DNA from: Octopus sinensis
Lineage: Eukaryota
Length of the DNA stretch: 44,741 nt
Direction of reading: 5' to 3'
NCBI RefSeq assembly: GCF_006345805.1
Contig: NW_021834895.1
Span: forward strand, 1 to 44,741
Position numbers and translations under genes: made by a program. Shown here piece after piece: positions 37,979 through 44,741 of the stretch. Under the pieces are notes generated by a model, which saw only the letters and a list, made by a program, of their open reading frames with translations, had not been told where the DNA came from and did not search any database. Within the stretch, counting starts at the first letter, position 1; every line of letters begins with the position of its first letter.

Positions 37979-38169
37979 ATATATATATATATACATACAT
38001 ACACACACATACACGATGATCTTTAGCTCCCGCCTACCAATTCCACTCGCAAGGCTTTGATCGCTCCAAAGTTATTGTAGAAAACAAATACCCAAGGTGT
38101 CAAGCGGTGAAACTGAACCCGGAACCATGTGGTTGATCCTAGTATATCTAGAACTACATTATAAATGAA

Positions 38170-38320
38170 CCTTCTGAGTTCAAATTCCGCCGAGGTTGAC
38201 TTTGCCTTTCATCCTTTTGGGGTTGATAAATTAAGTACCGGTGTAATTCTGGGTCGATATAATCGACTATTGCCCTCCCCCAAAATTTCAAGCCCTGTGC
38301 CTATAATAGAAAGAATCATA
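38170..38320 (+). mobile_element. Nin-domain-type SINE (partial)
   Basis: GAGTTCAAATTCCGCCGAGGTTGACTTTGCCTTTCATCCTTTTGGGGTTGATAAATTAAGTACC (box B plus Nin-like domain). Confidence 0.8.
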
Positions 38321-38794
38321 AATGTGCCATCATTTTATTTAAGACGGTAAATTTTTGGATGGTATTAAATGCTAGTACTACGTGGTAAAGTAAACGTTTA
38401 GAAACTTTTTTCTTTCGGTTGAAATTTTAAAACTGATTGGCTGTGATGTTTTATGGTGGCTAGAAACTTTTACTTTTGAATTTTCTCCCAAGAGAAGATT
38501 GATAAAATGAAGAACATTATTGATGGAAACAATACTGTGAAAAAACTGAATTCACAAACAATTCTATATAAAACTTTTATACTGCGGAAATCAGTGATCA
38601 AAATACCATTACCTTTAGCAATGGAAACCAGTTTTATATACCAGTATATCTTTTGTCGAGGAATGTCATGTTTGAAACTGGTTTTCTTTGTTGAAATATG
38701 TCAAGTTTATTGAGGAAACGTGATTTGCAGAAAAATAACAATTCAATTTTTTTTCTTTTGGTAAATATTTGAGATAATTACAGAAATAACCATT

Positions 38795-38945
38795 TCGCAG
38801 TTCTGAGTTCAAATTCCTTGCAGGTAGACTTTGCCTTTCATCCTTTCCGGGTCGATAAGTACCAGCTGAACACTGGGGTCGATGTAATCGACTAGTCCCC
38901 TTCCTCCAGAAATTCTGGCTTTGTGCTAATAGTAGAAAAGATAAT
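38795..38945 (+). mobile_element. Nin-domain-type SINE (partial)
   Basis: GAGTTCAAATTCC...GACTTTGCCTTTCATCCTTTCCGGGTCGATAAGTACCAG...CTGGGGTCGATGTAATCGACT. Confidence 0.8.
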
Positions 38946-39254
38946 TGTTTGTTGGCTCGTATCTCTGATACATGTGGCAATAAAATTTGATGTCTGGAAA
39001 TGTTCAGAGAGAAAATGTAATGATCATTTTTTTTTTATTTACTGTAGCCAAGAATTAGAAAATATAAAATATCATAATAATTTGTTTACAACATCATAAC
39101 AACAAAACGACGTGGAAATTTCGCAGATACACAGAAGACATTCTATAATTTCAATCATTATAAAATCTAGTGGCATAATTATAAAAGACAAATTTCTAAA
39201 CAGATACTTTTTCAGTAATAATGCATTTACTAGCTGCGTCAATAATAATGCTGT

Positions 39255-39306
<52 letters not shown>

Positions 39307-39393
39307 GATGATGATAAGGATGATGATGATGATAAGGATGATGATGATGAAGATGATGTTGATGATGATGATGATGATAAGGATGATGATGAT

Positions 39394-39427
<34 letters not shown>

Positions 39428-39480
39428 TTGATGATGATAAGGACGATGATGGCGATGAGAAGGGTGATGGTGATAATGAC
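39255..39480. repeat. (GAT)n microsatellite
   Basis: Direct reading. It explains the poly-D/M/H ORFs. Confidence 0.95.
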
Positions 39481-39514
39481 AACGACGAGAAGAACAACAA
39501 CATTTCCTGTATTC

Positions 39515-39875
39515 TACAGGAATCCTAAGAAAGATTCTTGAGATTTGAGGAGATTTGTTATCATCAGAGCTCAAGGGAACATCCTTACTAATAGAACATC
39601 CTGAAATTGCATGAATTTAGGAGATGAAGAGTGTAATGGTTGCGCTTATGATATGGTTGGAGGAAATCGGAATAGAATGTCTTGTATAGTTTCCACAGAA
39701 TGTTTGCCTGTTAGGGTCAGGAACGATTATCAGGAAGATTTTAAGTGCTTGAAAGACTACAGGGCATTCTACTCCTGGCTCCTTCAACCATTTGTCAATA
39801 TCCTTGCTTACAGTTCCCAATGCACCAATTATTATAAGCACAATCTTTACATTTTTCATATTCCAAATTTATGGT
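39515..39875. mobile_element. Cluster of R4/Dong-like C-terminal fragments in both orientations
   Basis: Plus strand: GILRKILEI* and LEEIGIECLV*FPQNVCLLGSGTIIRKIL. Minus strand: MKNVKIVLIIIGALGTVSKDIDKWLKEPGVECPV. Confidence 0.7.
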
Positions 39876-41355
39876 AGCAAATATCATTTGAAGGCATTCT
39901 GAGACTGGTGTTGCTGGGAGAGGAAACTAGGCTTCCTTCTTTGCATCACCAGTCTCAGAACACCTTCAAGTAGCTTTTGATGCAATACGCATAGCAAATA
40001 TTCTTCCTGCCCTATACTACCAGTCTCAGAACGTCTTCGTGTGGCTTTTACTGTCACAGATATAATAAACGGCCTTCATGTCCTGAACTACTGGCCTCTG
40101 AAATTGCGCAGGTGGTTTTTCTGTCGCAGGTATGACAACTGGACTTCATTCTCAACTCCGACAGTCCCCTTGGCTTTCTTTCCGCGCCTACGACTAGGAA
40201 CAGCTCTAACATGGTCCGATGACTTTAACTGATCATGGAGACTAATAAGTACATTGAGACCCAACCGATTATTTGCCGATTTTCGCGACCTCAGCACCCA
40301 CTCCTTGCCCAGTCCGTGCGCCGCCGGTGATGACAATATAAGGGTCAACATTATTCATTCTGAGCCTCGTATTTTACGACCCTAAATGCTGTGGCACAAA
40401 AATATAGCGTAGTATACAAATGTGAAATAGTTTAATCGTTTCCTTCTCATATTTAAAAACTTCACTCGTGAGATTTACGTCGGATAACCTAGGCTGCCCC
40501 TCTAAATTTCCATTTGATCTGCTAATAACGGTTATTTCCTTCGAAGAAGAAAGTTCTTGTTTATCAAACCAGACTGATGTAACCAATATTTTTTCTCGCT
40601 CTGGAATAACGTGGGAAGGAAGAGTAATGTGTTGCTTGGTTACAGAACTTGGTCACGCTGACCTCATTTGTGTCGGAAACACCGATATTCAGTTTTTGAG
40701 TGTCATTGATGACGTCTGAGAGTGAAGACGAGGAGAAATTCCTTACTTGACAGCACAACTCAAGAATGCATTTGTATATATGTTCGTCCATGAGTATGTG
40801 TGTGTCTTGTCTGTATCTTGTGAGTGTATGTGTGTACAGCCATATGCTGCCAATATCGCTAAAAAAAGTCATTATTTTTTATTTGATTTATGTCAATATT
40901 TTTTCCTCTGTAAGTCTTGTGACGAAGGAAGACTTTTATTTTACATCTATTTTTGGTGTCTGCTTTTTCAGTATTTTTGGTTTCAATTTCCTGAGAATTA
41001 GTGGGAGGGAGGATACACTACGTGTTTATTGTAGAGGTTATTACCTATTATATGATTACCGGTTAAGTCATTATTGTAATTAATTAATGTGAGGAGCAGG
41101 TAGAATCGTCAGAGCTACGGAAAACTATGTGAGACGGGTAAGCTATACAAAGTTAACATTTATGAACGGTGAAAGATGCTTTATGATATACAGCCGGCAG
41201 CCAACACTTTTTTCTGCAAAATAGGGGTAGTTTATCCTGTTCAGGCTATACTATTAACATTATCCTGCGTTTGAGAATTTAACTTTCCAAGACATCTCAA
41301 CGCCTCTAAGTAAACTTCGTTTGTTGTTTACGTTCATCGTAATTTTTAATTATAT

Positions 41356-41398
<43 letters not shown>

Positions 41399-41630
41399 CG
41401 AGGGTGAGTCAAAAAGTAAATGCCATTTTGCTCAGGACAGGTATAATTTCCGACACGGAACATGTACCATACATCAAACTGAAGCGGGTTCTCTGTGGAT
41501 CACATCCCTACTTCTCAACATAGTTACCGTTTCTCTCAATAGCAATGTACAACTTCGAATGAGAGCATGTCTGTCTGCCTCGTAAAATTCTGTTGACTGT
41601 TCTTTGAGACACTTCTTCACTACAGTTTTC
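41399..41630 (-). mobile_element. Mariner 3' terminal fragment with TIR
   Basis: TIR TA|CGAGGGTGAGTCAAAAAGTAA. Minus-strand KTVVKKCLKEQSTEFYEA...IAIERNGNYVEK*. Confidence 0.85.
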
Positions 41631-42349
41631 AAAGAACAGTCAACAGAATGTTTGCACGAAAATAATTGAAAAAAAATAGGCTAAAACACTGAGTAAAATA
41701 ATATACATTTGCGAGGAAATATAACATGAAAAGAAACTTACCAACTGGATGGAATTATTGCAGCGCATGGCTTTATTCTGCTTCTATTGGTCGTATTGTT
41801 GCCTCGTACACTGAAATCCCCCTCTTAACATGTTTTGTATTGGTGGTGGCAGATAACCATTAATTTTTCAACGTGGGCCTCTTTGAGTCGGTTTTACTAT
41901 CTTTATGATTACTAGCAGTATGTCTTTTGCGAGTTCCACATACTCTAAAACCAACTTTTATTTTTACTTTATCAGAATGTCCCTGGCACCACAAATACCT
42001 AATTTCATCTATCAGTTTGGTTTTTGAAGATGGTGGATCCCTGCTCGTCTCTTCCCTTCGTTTTATCTTATACATTTCTATTCTGAGATGCAGAGAAATT
42101 TTGTTCGGGGAAAATTTTTCAACCATTTTAAGTGTTTTATTTTGAACGTTTGTTGGTTTCTTTTTATTTTTATTTTTCTTTTCATATTTCTCCTCAGAGT
42201 TTGGAAAGTTTACTCTGCTACCATTATCTCCTTTGGAATTGTACTATGAAGAATCTCACAACTTCAGAAGGAGGGAGATTCATTCCTTCCCTTCAAAATG
42301 GATAATTTTCAGCACAAATTAGTAATTATTATTAAGTGTAGTGTTAAAG

Positions 42350-42560
42350 TCTTGAGTTGGCAGAATCGATAGCACGCCGGACAAAATGCTTCGCGACATT
42401 TGGTCCGTTTTTACATTTTGAGTTCGAATTCCGCCGAGGTCAACTTTGCCTTTCATCCTTTTCGGATTGATAAAAAAAATACCAGCTGAGCACCAGGGTC
42501 AATATAATCGACTTCGCCCCTCGCGAAATTGGTGTCACTGTTTGAATATTTGAAGCCATT
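42350..42560 (+). mobile_element. Nin-domain-type tRNA-derived SINE
   Basis: Box A-like TGGCAGAATCG, box B GAGTTCGAATTCC, then TTTGCCTTTCATCCTTTTCGG. Followed by (TTG)n. Confidence 0.85.
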
Positions 42561-42974
42561 ATTATTTGTAGTGTTGTTGTTGTTGTTGTTACTGCTGCTG
42601 ATGCTGCTGCTGCATTTGTTGTTGTTGTTGCTGTTGTTGCTGTATGTTGCCCTGACAACACGTGTTCGCCTGCAGCTTTCGCTTGGATTTGTCGATCTTT
42701 TTTTAATAACAAATGTATGTTTAATTCTGTGTCATGTTTTGTAGACTTAATACAAACAGAGGCGAGGAATTAGCTTGAAGTGGTTTTCTTTTCTCCGCTT
42801 CCACTTTAAAGGATAAAAATGGCATTTTTGAAGATTTTTATATTCACCTTATCGATTCCCTAAATGACCCCGGCAAGACTTGAACTTCAAAATTACTGAT
42901 TCACAAGAAAAAATATTCTGAATAAATTCATCGTGAAATTGCTGTTGTTGATGATGATGATGATGACGACGACA

Positions 42975-43006
<32 letters not shown>

Positions 43007-43302
43007 ACATGCATCAGGGTAAAAGGAAAGAATATGGTGAAAACAAACATATAAACAAACAAAAGACAATGAAAATAATAGCAACACAAGACTACAAATG
43101 TAAAATACCAATATATGTATGTGTGTGTGTACGTTGGTGTGTATGTATGTGTTAAAGCATGTATGTGTGTGTGCGTATGTAAGTATGTAAGTATGCATAT
43201 GTTTATGTGTGAATGCACTTGTGTATGTAAATAAGAATATATAAACATATTGCATATGATGGGTGTGTTATATGTGTAATTATATATAATATATGTGTGT
43301 AT

Positions 43303-43342
<40 letters not shown>

Positions 43343-43439
43343 TACATAATATGTACATATATGTGGTAATATATCTACATATATAGGTACATTACTATAT
43401 ATATCTAATATATTATATATATATTATATATATACCTAC

Positions 43440-43475
<36 letters not shown>

Positions 43476-43794
43476 CATACATATATATATATACATATAT
43501 ATGTACATATATGTGTAAAGATTATAAATGTATATATACACATATATGTGTACACACACACATGCACACGCACACATATATACACACACAGCATGCGTGT
43601 GTGGCATAAATATAAACACGTGTGTGCGTGTCTGTGTCCATGTAAGTGTGCATAACAGAAACCTTTTACATCGGTTGCGGCAGATTTTCGTTGTGTTCTC
43701 TCATAACTGTCAACAGTGTATTTGGGCAAATTCTTCAGATGTCTCTTCGGATTTTATCTGCAATTTTACAAAAACCTGCTAACCTGTACACCAG

Positions 43795-43895
43795 CACCAT
43801 CATCGCCATTATCACCACCACCATCACCATCATCATCATCATCATCATCATCCTCGTCATCATCATCATCATCAACATCATCATCATCATCATCA

Positions 43896-43928
<33 letters not shown>

Positions 43929-43975
43929 CCATCATCACCATCACCATCATCATCATCGTCACCACCACCACCACC

Positions 43976-44007
<32 letters not shown>

Positions 44008-44020
44008 CACCACCACCACC
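43795..44020. repeat. (CAT)n/(CAC)n/(CAA)n compound microsatellite
   Basis: Direct reading. Confidence 0.95.
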
Positions 44021-44184
44021 ATAAACAACCTGTGTATGCATGTGTCGGTTCTGGTGTGTGTGTGTGTGAGAGTCCATAACCAACAGAAAGAAGAATTAAA
44101 GAGTCGCAAACAACAAAGAACGCGACTGACAAAATCAAGAATTTTGTGTTACTGTATTTTGCAGAGGATTTTCTTGCATTTATT

Positions 44185-44741
44185 TTTTTTTTTTTTTTGC
44201 TTTACCTGTTAGACTGCGGCCATGCTGGGGCACTACTTTGAAGAATTTTTAGTTGAATAAATCGACCACAATACATATGCTTATTTAGCCTTGTACTTAT
44301 TCTATCAATCTGTTTTGCCGAACCGCTAAGTTTCAGGAGCGTAAATACACCAGCTCCGGTTGTCAAGCGTTGTAGGGATCAAACATAAAAATGAAGGCAC
44401 AAATACACACACAACACACGCACACACACACATACACACACAGGTGGAATGAATAGAAATATTTTACCCCGTGCAGGAACTTCAGGGGATATTCAGAGGT
44501 TTTGCAAGTTCTAAATCCATTGAAATACTGAAAACCCTTCCGTATCATCAGCTGGTATCTCTGTATCACAAGCGTTTCGATCCTTAGCCTGTGCGACTCA
44601 CCTGTGTGTATGTGTGTGTGTGTGGGAGGGGGGCAGTGAGGACTGAGCTAGTCTTCACCTCCAGAAAGGTTCCACTTGCTGTCTCTTATCAACCAAAGTC
44701 ATCTTCCAGTTTCTGTCTACCAAATCCACTCACAAGGCTTT
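44185..44741 (-). mobile_element. CORE-type SINE, interrupted by an insert at about 44441-44700 and cut by the window end
   Basis: GACTGCGGCCATGCTGGGGCAC...GCCGAACCGCTAAG. Resumes at CAGTTTCTGTCTACCAAATCCACTCACAAGGCTTT. Confidence 0.8.

Larger units (their letters stand above)
37310..38137 (-). mobile_element. CORE-type SINE interrupted in its internal microsatellite by a hammerhead palindrome
   Basis: 3' part at 37310-37520 (CCGAACCGCTAAGTTACGGGGAC). 5' part at about 38010-38137 (CCACTCGCAAGGCTTTG, CCCAAGGTG, GAAACTGAACCC). Confidence 0.85.

Noticed and set aside
40040-40780. Possible highly decayed LINE APE endonuclease or host exon on the minus strand
   Set aside because: Only faint resemblance and many stops. 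Needs a profile search (TBLASTN/HMMER) before any call.

Overview
Eukaryotic, AT-rich, microsatellite-saturated non-coding DNA. I could not support any host protein-coding gene; most listed ORFs are translations of simple repeats. The SINE families and repeat landscape resemble an octopus/coleoid cephalopod genome (recognition, not a database result). Contents: (1) a decayed Penelope-like retroelement (RT + GIY-YIG). (2) A near-complete L1-clade (Tx1-like) LINE at about 13.6-19.0 kb, plus three 5'-truncated relatives sitting in (ATCT)n. (3) Many R4/Dong-type RLE-LINE fragments, several abutting (TAA)n, and a 560-nt highly structured non-coding (TAA)n-flanked element in two copies. (4) Decayed Tc1/mariner-superfamily transposons (DD37D maT, mariner, Tigger-like). 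(5) Many tRNA-derived CORE/Nin-type SINEs. The most notable signal is a recurring class of short non-coding 'inverted arm + arm + one-sided tail' insertions with unrelated sequences. Two of them carry minimal type-I hammerhead ribozymes in both arms. One of those has a non-canonical G3-C8 swapped core plus an extra nucleotide after A9. Solo hammerheads occur at 25.1 kb and, decayed, at the 3' end of the Penelope element.
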